Assembly: GCA_964394725.1 (NCBI GenBank)
Contig: CAYMYS010000002.1
Span: forward strand, 4,497 to 68,496
Direction of reading: 5' to 3'
From: an uncultured Syntrophaceae bacterium
Lineage (GTDB): Bacteria; Desulfobacterota; Syntrophia; Syntrophales; UBA2210
DNA: 64,000 bases
Part shown: piece by piece, positions 18,182 through 31,251 of the stretch
Position numbering within the stretch: the stretch's first letter is position 1
Layout: every line of letters starts with the position of its first letter
Made by a program: the position numbers and the translations under genes
The notes under the pieces: generated by a model
The model's input: only the letters and a program-made list of their open reading frames with translations
The model's database searches: none
What the model was told of the DNA's origin: nothing

Positions 18182-19039
18182 ATGCAGAAGAAAAGCCCTC
18201 TGGGAAGGGGACTTGGTGCCATCTTTACAGACTTGATTGAAGATTCTGAAAAGGAATCACCCTTTTTAGTGTGTGGAATCGAGGAATTGACGCCCAACAG
18301 GTATCAACCGAGAAAGGAATTCGATGGTGATGAACAGAGCAACCTTGTTGCATCCATAAAAAAGAACGGAATTATTCAGCCCATCATAGTCAGAAGAAGC
18401 GATAGGGGATATGAAATAATCGCCGGTGAACGAAGGTGGAGGGCGGCACAGGCCGCCGGTATGAAGGATGTACCCATTATCATCAGACAAGCGGAAGACA
18501 TCGACATAGCTGAGTTGTCACTCATAGAAAACATACAGCGTGAAGAATTGAATCCCATGGAAGAGGCCGATGCCTATCAAACGCTGCTGACGAAATTTCA
18601 ACTCTCTCAGGAAGAGATATCATCCAGGGTAGGGAAGGACCGATCGACGGTAGCAAACACATTGCGACTGTTGCGACTTCCTCAGGATGTCAAGAATGAA
18701 CTGGTGCAAAAGAAAATATCTGCAGGACACGCTCGTGCGCTCCTGGCTCTCGATTCGGAAAATGAACAGGTAGAAGTGCTCAAGGAGATCCTGAAGCGAC
18801 AATTAAGTGTAAGAGAGACGGAACGGCTTGTTAAAAAACGGGATAATCCCTCGCAGACACAGATCAAAAGAGAAAAAGAGAATTATATTATTGACTTGGA
18901 AGACAAACTGTCGAAACAGTTTATGACAAAGATCAATGTAAAACAATTGGGTAAGGGCGGCACAATAGAAATCAAGTTCCTCTCTACAGAGGATCTAGAG
19001 AGATTAATCACACTGATTATAGCGACTGAAACCATCTGA
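18182..19039 (+). CDS. parB: Chromosome partitioning protein ParB/Spo0J
   Basis: Has the GERRWRAA ParB box and an HTH, and starts directly after the parA stop. Confidence 0.92.
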   Translation: MQKKSPLGRGLGAIFTDLIEDSEKESPFLVCGIEELTPNRYQPRKEFDGDEQSNLVASIKKNGIIQPIIVRRSDRGYEIIAGERRWRAAQAAGMKDVPIIIRQAEDIDIAELSLIENIQREELNPMEEADAYQTLLTKFQLSQEEISSRVGKDRSTVANTLRLLRLPQDVKNELVQKKISAGHARALLALDSENEQVEVLKEILKRQLSVRETERLVKKRDNPSQTQIKREKENYIIDLEDKLSKQFMTKINVKQLGKGGTIEIKFLSTEDLERLITLIIATETI

Positions 19040-19107
19040 TCGGTCGGTTTAATCCACTGAAATCAATCAACAGCTGTTGATAACGTTGTGAATTAAGGTG
19101 ATTGTAA

Positions 19108-20439
19108 TTGGAGAGTATTTGGACACAAAGCCTGGATCTTATTAAGGGCAAGATCAGTCAACAGAATTTCGAGACATGGATTCATCCTGTGAAGATCGTT
19201 ACTATCGCCGGTAACAATGTTTCACTGTCTGTTCCGAATAAATTCTTTAAGGACTGGCTCATTGAAAATTACAACCATATTATTGATGAATCCCTGTCTC
19301 ATGTCTTGGGAACGGCCGTCAATTTAAATTTTGTTGTAGACCAGACGGGGCAAGCAGTGCCCCTGTCTCATCGGGAAAAGAAGAAGAGCGGCAGTAAAAA
19401 GACACAGCCGCGAAAATTTCATCCCTCACTCAATCAAAATTACAGTTTTGAGCGATTTGTCGTGGGTTCTTCAAATCAGCTTGCCCATGCCGCATCGCTC
19501 TCCGTGGCCGAACAACCGGCGCAAAACTATAACCCGCTCTTTATCTATGGCGGCGTCGGTCTGGGAAAAACACATCTCATCAATGCTATCGGCATCAAAA
19601 CGCTTTCACTCTTCCCCGAAAAGACAGTTCTCTATGTCTCGGCAGAAGAATTTATGAACGAACTTATTAATTCTATCAGATATGACAAGATGCAGAACTT
19701 CAGGGAAAAATATAGAAAGATCGACTCTCTACTGATCGATGATATCCAGTTTATAGCGGGAAAGGAACGAACTCAGGAGGAGTTTTTTCACACCTTCAAT
19801 ACACTCCACGATTCGGGTAAGCAGATTGTTGTCACCAGTGATAAATTTCCAAAGGAAATTGCAAAACTGGAGAGTCGGCTGCGATCACGCTTTGAATGGG
19901 GACTCATAGCCGATATTCAGGCGCCGGAGATTGAAACGAGGGTCGCTATTATAGAGAAAAAGGCCGACGAAAATAATATTTCCATATCGACGGATGTTGC
20001 TCACTACATTGCATCCGTCGTCGATTCCAATGTCCGGGAACTGGAGGGAGTACTGACGAGAATTTCAGCCTATGCTTCTCTGACGCATCGTGAGATAGAA
20101 ATCAAGCTCGCACGAGAAGTCCTTATTAACATCCTGGACAGTGTGAAAAGGAAGGAAGTTACCGTAGACGAAATTCTGAAGAAGGTGTCGGCTAAGTGCG
20201 GTATTAAACTGGCGGATATAAAATCTCAGAAAAAGAATAAAGATCTGATCATTCCAAGACAGGTAGCCATGTTTCTTTCGAGAAAACTGACAGATAAATC
20301 ATTTCCCGATATAGGGGCAAAAATCGGCGGCAGAGATCATTCGACTATTATTTACGGCAATAACAAGATTAAACAATTGATAAAGAAGGATCTGAAGATA
20401 AATAAGCTTATAGAGGAAATAGAGGAATCTCTCAACTAA
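19108..20439 (+). CDS. dnaA: Chromosomal replication initiator DnaA
   Basis: Has the AAA+ motifs (NPLFIYGGVGLGKTHL, LLIDDIQF) and a C-terminal DNA-binding domain (RQVAMFLSRKLT...IGGRDHSTI). The start is an apparent TTG with AAGGTGA upstream. Confidence 0.95.
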   Translation: MESIWTQSLDLIKGKISQQNFETWIHPVKIVTIAGNNVSLSVPNKFFKDWLIENYNHIIDESLSHVLGTAVNLNFVVDQTGQAVPLSHREKKKSGSKKTQPRKFHPSLNQNYSFERFVVGSSNQLAHAASLSVAEQPAQNYNPLFIYGGVGLGKTHLINAIGIKTLSLFPEKTVLYVSAEEFMNELINSIRYDKMQNFREKYRKIDSLLIDDIQFIAGKERTQEEFFHTFNTLHDSGKQIVVTSDKFPKEIAKLESRLRSRFEWGLIADIQAPEIETRVAIIEKKADENNISISTDVAHYIASVVDSNVRELEGVLTRISAYASLTHREIEIKLAREVLINILDSVKRKEVTVDEILKKVSAKCGIKLADIKSQKKNKDLIIPRQVAMFLSRKLTDKSFPDIGAKIGGRDHSTIIYGNNKIKQLIKKDLKINKLIEEIEESLN

Positions 20440-20584
20440 TCACTAACAGTTCAGTAACAGGGTTGTTGACGTAGAATGTGAATAAAAAGAGTAGATAAGA
20501 ATGTTTCTAAACAAATCAACAGGCATTACTATTACTACTACATATTTAATATAAACAAAAAATATTAGTAAGACAGGTGATAAC

Positions 20585-21703
20585 ATGGAATTCTTGATCA
20601 AGAGAGACATTTTTTTAGAAGGAATACAGAGGACGCTTGGTATTGTAGAAAGGAAGACGACAATACAGATTCTCAATAATGTTCTGATCAAGGCCGAAAA
20701 TGGAACGGTGAGAATCGTAGCGACAGACAGAGAAATAGGACTGATTGCTGATTACGACGCCACAGTTGTAAACCCGGGAGAGATTACAATCGGGGCGAGA
20801 AAGCTCTTTGAAATGATCAGAGAGATTGAAGGGAATGAGATACAATTTAAAAAACTGGAAAATGACTGGGTCAATATTACCTGTGAAAAGATTGTTTACA
20901 GAATCCCGGGAATTGCTGCCGACGATTTTCCTGAAGTTGCCGATGAAAGTGATATAGATTTTTTCAAGGTAGAGCGAGGTGTCTTGAAGGAGATGCTGAG
21001 AAAAACCTTTTTTGCGATTTCTACCGACGAGATGAGGGCGAACCTTAATGGTGTCTATCTTGAGTTAGAAGAAAAGCGCATAGGTATGGTCTCTACGGAT
21101 GGTCACAGGATAGCCATCGTGAATTTTGAGCTGGAAACAGAGGTTTCGGAAGATCAGAAGATAGGTGGAATTATTATTCCACGTAAGGGAGGCAACGAGA
21201 TAAGAAGGCTTGTTGAGGATGGTCGGGAAGAGGCGGAAATAGGTGTAAGGAATGGTAAGTTTGTATTAAAAATGGACAATATCCTCTTAAGAGTCAGTCT
21301 CATTGAAGAGAATTATCCAGATTACAAGAGGGTTATACCGAAGGATACGGGCATAGAAATTTGTGTAGATAAAAACCAGATTATGCACTCACTCAGAAGA
21401 ATGGATGTTATGTCCAGTGAACGATACAGTGGTGTAAAGATAGAAGTAGATGAAAATAAAATGGTATTAAATTCGACGAATCCCGATGTAGGAGAGGCAA
21501 ACGACGAGATTGATATTTCCTATGTGGGCAGAAAACTGGAAGTAGGATACAATGTCAAGTATCTAATAGATGCCATAGATGTGATTGATGAAAGCACCAT
21601 ATCATTTGAGATGAGAGATAATGAGGGTGCCGGTGTAATGAAGTCGGCTGGAACAGATCGATATATGTGTATTATCATGCCGATTAAACTGAGAAGGGAT
21701 TAG
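20585..21703 (+). CDS. dnaN: DNA polymerase III beta sliding clamp
   Basis: A 372-aa protein with a three-domain clamp pattern (MEFLIKRD...ILNNVLI..., ...MPIKL). It shows dnaA-dnaN-gyrB synteny. Confidence 0.93.
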   Translation: MEFLIKRDIFLEGIQRTLGIVERKTTIQILNNVLIKAENGTVRIVATDREIGLIADYDATVVNPGEITIGARKLFEMIREIEGNEIQFKKLENDWVNITCEKIVYRIPGIAADDFPEVADESDIDFFKVERGVLKEMLRKTFFAISTDEMRANLNGVYLELEEKRIGMVSTDGHRIAIVNFELETEVSEDQKIGGIIIPRKGGNEIRRLVEDGREEAEIGVRNGKFVLKMDNILLRVSLIEENYPDYKRVIPKDTGIEICVDKNQIMHSLRRMDVMSSERYSGVKIEVDENKMVLNSTNPDVGEANDEIDISYVGRKLEVGYNVKYLIDAIDVIDESTISFEMRDNEGAGVMKSAGTDRYMCIIMPIKLRRD

Positions 21704-21707
21704 ATGA

Positions 21708-24119
<2,412 letters not shown>

Positions 24120-24279
24120 TTTACGTCTTTGCCAAAAAACATATATATCATCTTACATAAATAAAAGAGTATGCATGGGTAAGGAGGGTGAAGCTTTCAG
24201 GGAAGACGGGGGCGTAGTGAAAAGAGTGGAATGTGTTGTGGATAAATTTGGGATATTGCAGCAGGAGGATTAAGAGGAC

Positions 24280-26820
24280 ATGGATCAGGTAAACCGGCGA
24301 AACGTACCGGTCAGTATAGAAAGTGAGATGAAAAAATCTTATATAGATTATGCAATGAGCGTTATTGTAGGCCGCGCGATACCCGATATCAGAGACGGGT
24401 TAAAACCGGTACATCGCAGAGCGATCTTCGCAATGTCGGAACTGGGAAACCGATGGAACAAGTCCTATAAAAAATCTGCACGAGTTGTTGGTGATGTCAT
24501 CGGTAAATACCATCCCCATGGTGATTCTGCAGCCTACGATACGATTGTAAGGATGGCGCAGGATTTTTCCTTGCGCTACCCGCTTGTAGACGGTCAGGGA
24601 AACTTCGGCTCCCTGGATGGAGATCCCGCGGCGGCGATGAGATATACTGAGGTAAGGATGGCACGGATTACAGAAGAGCTGATTGCCGATCTGGAAAAGG
24701 ATACGGTAGATTATATCCCCAATTATGATGGTTCCCTGGAAGAACCAACCGTATTCCCTGCAAAGATACCACTCCTTTTGTTGAACGGAACTTCAGGGAT
24801 AGCCGTGGGTGTGACCTGCAATATCCCACCTCACAACCTGGTTGAAATTATTGAAGGTACGATTGCGCTGATAGAGAACCCTGAAATGTCGATAGAAGAT
24901 CTGATGAGAATAATCAAGGGTCCCGATTTCCCAACGGCAGGCTTCATAAACGGCAGGGAAGGAATCGTTAACGCCTACAAGACGGGTCGGGGAATTATCA
25001 GGATAAGAGCGAAGGCCATGATCGAAAGAAACGAGAGAAGTGACAGGGAGAGCATAGTTGTCACGGAAATCCCCTACATGGTGAATAAGGCGAGTCTCGT
25101 TGAAAAGATATCGCAACTGGTCAAAGAAAAAAAGATCAGTGGCATTTCCGATCTCAGGGATGAATCCGACAGGGACGGCATCAGGGTCGTCATCGATCTG
25201 AAAAAAGACGAGATATCGGAGATAATGCTCAACCAGCTTTATAAACATACACAGATGGAATCAACATTCGGAATTATTATGCTGGCAATCGACAATGGCC
25301 AGCCCCGCGTTTTTAATCTTTCAGAAATGCTCTTGCGGTTTGTCGATTTCAGGAAAGAGGTTGTAACAAGAAGGGCGGTATTTGAGCTTACCAGGGCACG
25401 GGAAAGGATGCACATACTGGCCGGACTTATCATCGCTCTCGATAATATAGATGCAATTATTGCAGTCATCAAGGAATCTGACAATGCGAACAAGGCAGCG
25501 GAAGAACTGTCCCTGAGATTCGGACTCAGTCCGATACAGACAAAGGCAATTTTAGAGATGAGGCTGCAGAGACTGACGGGCCTGGAACAGGACAAGATAC
25601 GGGAAGAACATCTAGAGGTTGCCTCCCTGGTTGCGAAACTGGAGGGGATACTGGCCGATCCTCGGAAGGTGCTCGATATCATTATTGCTGAAATGGAGGA
25701 AATAAAGGAGCGCTACGGCGACGAGAGAAGAACGGAAATTGTACTGAATAGTGAAGAGATTGATATAGAGGACATGATTGTCGAAGAGGATATGGTGATT
25801 ACCATCACTCATCAGGGATACATCAAAAGAAATCCTGTAAGCCTCTATAGGAGCCAGCACCGCGGTGGCCGTGGGAAGATGGGAATGGGAACAAAGGACG
25901 ATGATTTTGTCGAAAAACTATTCATAGCCTCAACACACAGCCATATCTTATTTTTCACCAATACGGGGAAGGTGCACTGGCTCAAAATATATCAAATCCC
26001 AAAGGCGGGAAGGGCCGCTAAGGGAAAGGCTATTGTCAATCTTATCGGAATATCGAGCGATGAAAGAATCACTGCCGTACTTCCTGTCGTTGAGTTTATC
26101 CCGGGAAAATATGTCGTCATGGCCACCAAAAAAGGAATAACGAAGAAGACCGATATCGTGGCCTATTCACATCCCCGAGTGGGCGGTATTATTGCACTCA
26201 CCCTCGATGACGATGATGAACTGATCGATGTACGGCAGACCGACGGGGATCAGAATATACTGTTGGGGACCAGGATGGGCAAGGCTATACGGTTTCACGA
26301 AGGAGCGGTCAGGGCAATCGGGCGGACGTCTCGGGGAGTAACGGGGATACGGATGGAGGAAGGCGACGAATTGGTGGGAATGGAAATACTGAGCGATAAC
26401 AATTCCATCCTCACCGTGTCAGAAAAGGGTTTTGGAAAGAGAACCGATATTGGAGAATATCGCACTCAATCACGCGGCGGCAAGGGTATCATTAATCTCA
26501 AGACAACATACCGGGTAGGACTGGTGACGCGCATCCTCCAGGTTGTCGGTGATGAAGACATTATGCTGATCAGCAATTCGGGTAAAATCATCCGATTGGG
26601 AGTAAATGAGATTCCTCTCTTGCACCGAAGTACACAGGGGGTGAAACTGATAGAACTTGACAAGGATGAAGCTTTTGTAGGTCTTGCAAGAGTTGAAAGA
26701 ACGGAAGAAGATGAGGATGGAGCGAATGAAGGGGGGAACGGGGGAGAAGAGGATAAAACATCGCATGACCTACATGATGGAAAACCGGGAAGAGGCCATT
26801 CGTCTGGAGCTCAAGACTAA
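24280..26820 (+). CDS. gyrA: DNA gyrase subunit A
   Basis: [24 protein letters not shown] and [14 protein letters not shown] surround the active site. Beta-pinwheel repeats follow, then an acidic Gly/Glu-rich tail. Confidence 0.97.
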   Translation: MDQVNRRNVPVSIESEMKKSYIDYAMSVIVGRAIPDIRDGLKPVHRRAIFAMSELGNRWNKSYKKSARVVGDVIGKYHPHGDSAAYDTIVRMAQDFSLRYPLVDGQGNFGSLDGDPAAAMRYTEVRMARITEELIADLEKDTVDYIPNYDGSLEEPTVFPAKIPLLLLNGTSGIAVGVTCNIPPHNLVEIIEGTIALIENPEMSIEDLMRIIKGPDFPTAGFINGREGIVNAYKTGRGIIRIRAKAMIERNERSDRESIVVTEIPYMVNKASLVEKISQLVKEKKISGISDLRDESDRDGIRVVIDLKKDEISEIMLNQLYKHTQMESTFGIIMLAIDNGQPRVFNLSEMLLRFVDFRKEVVTRRAVFELTRARERMHILAGLIIALDNIDAIIAVIKESDNANKAAEELSLRFGLSPIQTKAILEMRLQRLTGLEQDKIREEHLEVASLVAKLEGILADPRKVLDIIIAEMEEIKERYGDERRTEIVLNSEEIDIEDMIVEEDMVITITHQGYIKRNPVSLYRSQHRGGRGKMGMGTKDDDFVEKLFIASTHSHILFFTNTGKVHWLKIYQIPKAGRAAKGKAIVNLIGISSDERITAVLPVVEFIPGKYVVMATKKGITKKTDIVAYSHPRVGGIIALTLDDDDELIDVRQTDGDQNILLGTRMGKAIRFHEGAVRAIGRTSRGVTGIRMEEGDELVGMEILSDNNSILTVSEKGFGKRTDIGEYRTQSRGGKGIINLKTTYRVGLVTRILQVVGDEDIMLISNSGKIIRLGVNEIPLLHRSTQGVKLIELDKDEAFVGLARVERTEEDEDGANEGGNGGEEDKTSHDLHDGKPGRGHSSGAQD

Positions 26821-27562
26821 CGAGGAGGCTGTGATAGAAGAGGCCCTGTGGTGCGGAATTAAACCGGGCATGAGGGTTCTTGACGCGGGCTGTGGCCCCG
26901 GTATAACAACATCGATTCTCTCGAAAATGGTGCAACCGAAGGGGAGTATTGTGGGTGTGGATTATGGGGAAGAGAGAGTTAAATATGCCAGGGATCATTA
27001 TGGAACAGATGACAACATCACCTTTCATGTAGGTGACCTGAGAGATACCCTCGACGACATAGGCCAGTTTGATCTCATCTGGGTGCGTTTCGTGCTGGAA
27101 TATAACCGTGTTGAAAGCCTTGATATTGTAAGAAACCTGACGGAGTGTCTGAAACCGGAGGGATATATCTGTCTTCTCGACCTCGATTATAACTGCCTGA
27201 GCCATTATGAGATGACGCCCCGTTTGGAGGGTATGTTAACAAAATTGATGGCCCGGATGGATGCGGAATTTAATTTCGATACCTATGCGGGACGCAAGCT
27301 TTATTCCTATCTCTATGATCTGAAATACAGAGATATTGCAATGCACATGAAGGCGCATCATCTCATATATGGAACGATAAGAGAAGAAGACGTATTCAAC
27401 TGGGTAAAAAAGGTAGAGGTTGTGGGGGAAAGGCTGAGCGATTCATTTGATACCTACCCCGGGGGGCATAAACAATTAGTTGACGACTTTAAAAGACTAC
27501 TCCTCGACCCGAGAAGGTTTACCTATACTCCTTTACTATTGTGTAAGGGGATGAAACCGTGA
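26765..27562 (+). CDS. Class I SAM-dependent methyltransferase
   Basis: Has motif [10 protein letters not shown], and motif [13 protein letters not shown]. The ORF opens inside the gyrA tail in another frame. The true start is uncertain: Met codons lie at 26765, 26774 and 26777. Confidence 0.7.
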   Translation: MTYMMENREEAIRLELKTNEEAVIEEALWCGIKPGMRVLDAGCGPGITTSILSKMVQPKGSIVGVDYGEERVKYARDHYGTDDNITFHVGDLRDTLDDIGQFDLIWVRFVLEYNRVESLDIVRNLTECLKPEGYICLLDLDYNCLSHYEMTPRLEGMLTKLMARMDAEFNFDTYAGRKLYSYLYDLKYRDIAMHMKAHHLIYGTIREEDVFNWVKKVEVVGERLSDSFDTYPGGHKQLVDDFKRLLLDPRRFTYTPLLLCKGMKP

Positions 27563-27583
27563 TCCGATGATTGATGGAACATA

Positions 27584-29881
27584 CTAGCCCCAAGCCTCTT
27601 GGATATTGAATGATTTTTCACGAATGAGCTTGAGACAGACATCGACAACTTCACGATCATAGATCTGTTCCACCCTTGATTGAGAGATTTCTTCAAGCGC
27701 ACGCTCTATGCCCAGGGAAGCCCGATAGGGCCTGTGATTTGCCATGGCTTCAACCACATCGGCTACGGCAATGATCCGTGCTTCGAGAAGAATAGCGGTA
27801 CCTGAAATCCCCTGAGGATATCCTGAGCCATCCAGCCTCTCATGATGCTGATGAACGATTTCTGCAACAGGGCGTGAAAAATTAATATTTTTCAATATAT
27901 TATAACCTTCCTCAGAGTGGGTTTTAACCATATCGAATTCCAGCTTACTAAGAGAGCCCGGTTTGTTAAGAATTTCTGCGGGAACATGTATTTTCCCAAT
28001 GTCGTGGATCATCGCGGCAGTACGAATGCCTTCAATGGTATCAGCGGGGAGAGACATTGCTTCGGCAATGGCGCAGGCGAGCTTTGTTACGCGCTTTTGA
28101 TGACCGGCGGTATAGGGGTCCCGTGACTCAACGATGGATGACAGGGCGCTGATCGTCCCTTCCAGGGCCGTTTGTAACTGGTCTACGTTTTCTTCAAGTG
28201 CGGTAACATCCTTCATGGTACCGACAAGACCGATGAGGATACCTCGTGAGTCGAAATTGGGAGAACCGCTGAGACTGAAATGGCGGCGCGATCCATCGGT
28301 GGCGAAGATCGTACAGATTACATTCTTCACTGTTTCACCCTGGTCACGAATGCGCTTAAAGACGCTGACCAGAGTCGATTCGTCGTCTTTATGTATAAAT
28401 TCTATAAAGTATCTCCCTATAAGCTCATCTTTGGTGTGTCCCAATAATCTTTCCCAGATGGGATTGATGTATGTAAATACCCCCTTGGCATCGACCGTAT
28501 AGATAATGTCGGGAGAATTTTCTCCCAGCGCTCTGAAACGTTCTTCACTTTCTCTCACCTTCTGGTATGTTCTGGCGGCGTTGAGAGAGATGCCTATCTG
28601 GGGGGCGATGCCCAGAAGTAGGTTCAGATCGCTCTGATTGAGAATTCTCTTAGAGTGCATGTTGTCGACGGCGAGAATACCCTCGGATCTTCCTTCGTAC
28701 ACGATGGGGACGCAGATAAAGGATTTTATGCCCATAGACTCTGCAATCCGAAGACTTCTTTCAGAAAAGGAGTTTTTAATCTCTTTGAGGTCATTGACGA
28801 GAAAGGCCCTCTGTTGCTTGAAGGAGAGAACAAAATGCCCCGTCGACTCGGGTCTGTCGAGATGAAAAGATACATTTTTGGCGAGTTCCTCCTTCGGCTG
28901 ATCGTATCCATAGGACTCTTTATAAAGGAGTCGCGTCTGCTCTTCATTGGCAAGCATGATGACGCCGCGGTCAAAATCGAGACATTCTTCAATGGCCTCC
29001 ATTATATGCCCGAGGAGGGTATCGGTGTCGACGATACTGGCAGAGGCCTGACCGATTTTCTGGATAAGCATGGCATTATTGTAGGTTATATTGATCTGCC
29101 TCATCAGACGGTTGGAGGTATCCCCCATGCTGAAGAATTTTGTCTCAAGTTCCTTTTTTTCTAAAAATGACTGATACAGTGATACGCAGGAGAAAGTGAG
29201 TATCCAGAATGAAACAAGTAATAATGAGAGGGACAGAGGCATCATAAGGAGTAAAGGAATTACAATGACACTGATGACCATAAGGGCATTTCGAATACGT
29301 TTCCATAAAACAGAGCGGTTTTGTTCCCATGATACGATATAGTGGCATCTATCACCGCCATGATGGAGACATACAGGGTGCTCAACAGTGGCTAATTTAC
29401 CGGTAAATAACTTGGCTATTGCTTCCAGGAAACCGATGCGATTGAGGCATTGATAGGGCTTTTCCATAACGCCGGGATTTGAAGTGGCTACAATATCCAT
29501 CTTATTGGTACCCAGTCTCTTGACACGAATGGTACTGCTGCGGCTTACGTAATTGTAGCACTTTTCAAGTTTGGCATATGCCAAAGCAGGGGATAGGAAG
29601 CCCAGCATATATTGATTGAGAAAGGTACTGCCGATGGCGGAAAGGGGTGTGTTACGTCCGACATCTCGGGAAATGTTGGGATTCTTCGTTTTTTGAACGA
29701 TAATTTCATTGAAACGGTCGACTTGGTCTTGAGTAAGCCAGTGGCCTTCATCTTCAAGTTGATGAAGGGCGATGCCGGCATAATCAATGAGGGGATTGAG
29801 ATCAATATCCGGGTAGTGTTGCTTTAAATATTCAATATAATTTTTTGTCAGTTTACTGCTGTAGAGGGGAACATCATTCAT
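27584..29881 (-). CDS. Membrane-anchored sensor protein: N-terminal ligand-binding-like domain, TM segment, GAF, PAS, HD-GYP phosphodiesterase domain
   Basis: The C-terminus carries HDIGK...HHERLDGSGYP (HD-GYP). A PAS-like block contains SPDIIYTVD...FTYINP. A GAF-like block precedes it, and hydrophobic helices lie at about aa 200-235. Confidence 0.8.
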   Translation of the reverse strand: MNDVPLYSSKLTKNYIEYLKQHYPDIDLNPLIDYAGIALHQLEDEGHWLTQDQVDRFNEIIVQKTKNPNISRDVGRNTPLSAIGSTFLNQYMLGFLSPALAYAKLEKCYNYVSRSSTIRVKRLGTNKMDIVATSNPGVMEKPYQCLNRIGFLEAIAKLFTGKLATVEHPVCLHHGGDRCHYIVSWEQNRSVLWKRIRNALMVISVIVIPLLLMMPLSLSLLLVSFWILTFSCVSLYQSFLEKKELETKFFSMGDTSNRLMRQINITYNNAMLIQKIGQASASIVDTDTLLGHIMEAIEECLDFDRGVIMLANEEQTRLLYKESYGYDQPKEELAKNVSFHLDRPESTGHFVLSFKQQRAFLVNDLKEIKNSFSERSLRIAESMGIKSFICVPIVYEGRSEGILAVDNMHSKRILNQSDLNLLLGIAPQIGISLNAARTYQKVRESEERFRALGENSPDIIYTVDAKGVFTYINPIWERLLGHTKDELIGRYFIEFIHKDDESTLVSVFKRIRDQGETVKNVICTIFATDGSRRHFSLSGSPNFDSRGILIGLVGTMKDVTALEENVDQLQTALEGTISALSSIVESRDPYTAGHQKRVTKLACAIAEAMSLPADTIEGIRTAAMIHDIGKIHVPAEILNKPGSLSKLEFDMVKTHSEEGYNILKNINFSRPVAEIVHQHHERLDGSGYPQGISGTAILLEARIIAVADVVEAMANHRPYRASLGIERALEEISQSRVEQIYDREVVDVCLKLIREKSFNIQEAWG

Positions 29882-29956
29882 ATTACCAAATACCTGTTAA
29901 AGAAAATACATGTAATAAAGAAAGTTTCGCCTTCCTGATTGTCAAATTAATGTTCG

Positions 29957-31144
29957 TTAATAGCATTCCTTATTTTTTTTTGTAAAGATAAACTGCCAGA
30001 GCTGTGATTTTCTCTCGCGGAATCCCGAGGCACAGTAGAGCAGGTAAAATTCCCACATGCGTATGAACATATCGCTCATTTCCAGATCATCCTTAACTTT
30101 CATGAAATTACTATGCCAGGCCATAAGGGTCTTATCGTAATCGGGACCGAAATTATGGAGGTCCTCTATGACCAGTTTTTTTTCAGCGGCTTTTGCAATT
30201 TGGGAAATTGAGGGGAGGGCTCCACCGGGGAATATATACCGCGTCAGCCACCTGTCGTTTAAAACTTCCTTCGATATGTTGGAGCCGATTGTCTGGACCA
30301 CCATGATTCCATCATCAGTCAGGCATCTCTTGCATATATCAAAAAACTCATGATAATTTTTCGGTCCCACGTGCTCTATCATTCCCACGGCAACTATTCG
30401 ATCCCACCTTCCGTGGAGATCGCGATAGCTCAGGTTAAGAGATTCAAAGGAATCCTGAAGACCCTCTTCGATGGCCTTGTCGCGGCACCATCTGAGCTGC
30501 TCCTTCGCGATATTAATGCCCGTTACCTTTACGCCGTGTTCCTTGACGAGAAATCTCCCCAGACCACCCCAGCCGCACCCTATGTCGAGGACGGTCATGC
30601 CGGGAGCTAGCTTCAACTTATGGGCAATCATTTTAATCTTGGCCAACTGGGCCTCATCAAGCGTCGCGGCACCCTGCCAGTAGCCGCAGCTGTACTGCAT
30701 GTTTTTATCCAGCCAGGACTGAAAAAACTCATTGCCGAGGTCGTAGTGCCTTTCCGCAACCTCTATTTCCTTTGTCCTGCGTTGTTGATTACAGAGAATA
30801 GCTATCGAAAGAAGAAGCTTCGTCTTCCATGATCTGAAAAGGCGCCTTTTTTTTTCGGAAGGCATGGAGGCGAGTTTTGCCATGACCTGATCTATATGAG
30901 GAGAATCCCATTTTTTTTCCATGTAACTTTCGCCGATGGCCAGGATGCCTCTGTGGGCCCAATCGACCCACATTGACTGGTCGTGAACGATCATATCCCT
31001 GCCCAGTATGATGTCGGCCTGCCCTAACATCTCTTCGATGAGGGCCCTCACCTTTTGTGAAATATAGGATGTTGTGCAAGGTTTTTTTGCACCGGATGTG
31101 ACGGAGGAACTCTCCGCTTGTGACAGATCTTTACGCATGTTCAA
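29957..31144 (-). CDS. cfa: Cyclopropane-fatty-acyl-phospholipid synthase
   Basis: HYDLGNEFFQSWLDKNMQYSCGYW and VLDIGCGWGG are CMAS-family motifs over the full length. Confidence 0.88.
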   Translation of the reverse strand: MNMRKDLSQAESSSVTSGAKKPCTTSYISQKVRALIEEMLGQADIILGRDMIVHDQSMWVDWAHRGILAIGESYMEKKWDSPHIDQVMAKLASMPSEKKRRLFRSWKTKLLLSIAILCNQQRRTKEIEVAERHYDLGNEFFQSWLDKNMQYSCGYWQGAATLDEAQLAKIKMIAHKLKLAPGMTVLDIGCGWGGLGRFLVKEHGVKVTGINIAKEQLRWCRDKAIEEGLQDSFESLNLSYRDLHGRWDRIVAVGMIEHVGPKNYHEFFDICKRCLTDDGIMVVQTIGSNISKEVLNDRWLTRYIFPGGALPSISQIAKAAEKKLVIEDLHNFGPDYDKTLMAWHSNFMKVKDDLEMSDMFIRMWEFYLLYCASGFRERKSQLWQFIFTKKNKECY

Positions 31145-31251
31145 TCTTTACCCCGCTCAATAGCAACGTCAGCACAGCTTGAGTATAGATAGCTACATTC
31201 CTTTAGAAGAATATCTCGTAAATCCGAACTGTGTACAATGTACCATAGTAT

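Noticed and set aside
24237-24245. A perfect DnaA box, TGTGGATAA, lies in the gyrB-gyrA spacer, and I considered it as a possible origin marker.
   Set aside because: - It is a single isolated 9-mer. By my rough estimate, about half an occurrence is expected by chance on two strands in 64 kb.
- There is no cluster of boxes and no AT-rich unwinding element nearby.
26684-26820. I considered whether the methyltransferase ORF overlapping the gyrA 3' end by 137 nt is a functional overlapping gene or a recoding site.
   Set aside because: - The overlap shrinks to about 56 nt or less if one of the internal Met codons (26765, 26774 or 26777) is the real start.
- The upstream extension ([18 protein letters not shown]…) is just the alternative-frame reading of the GA-rich sequence that encodes the acidic gyrA tail.
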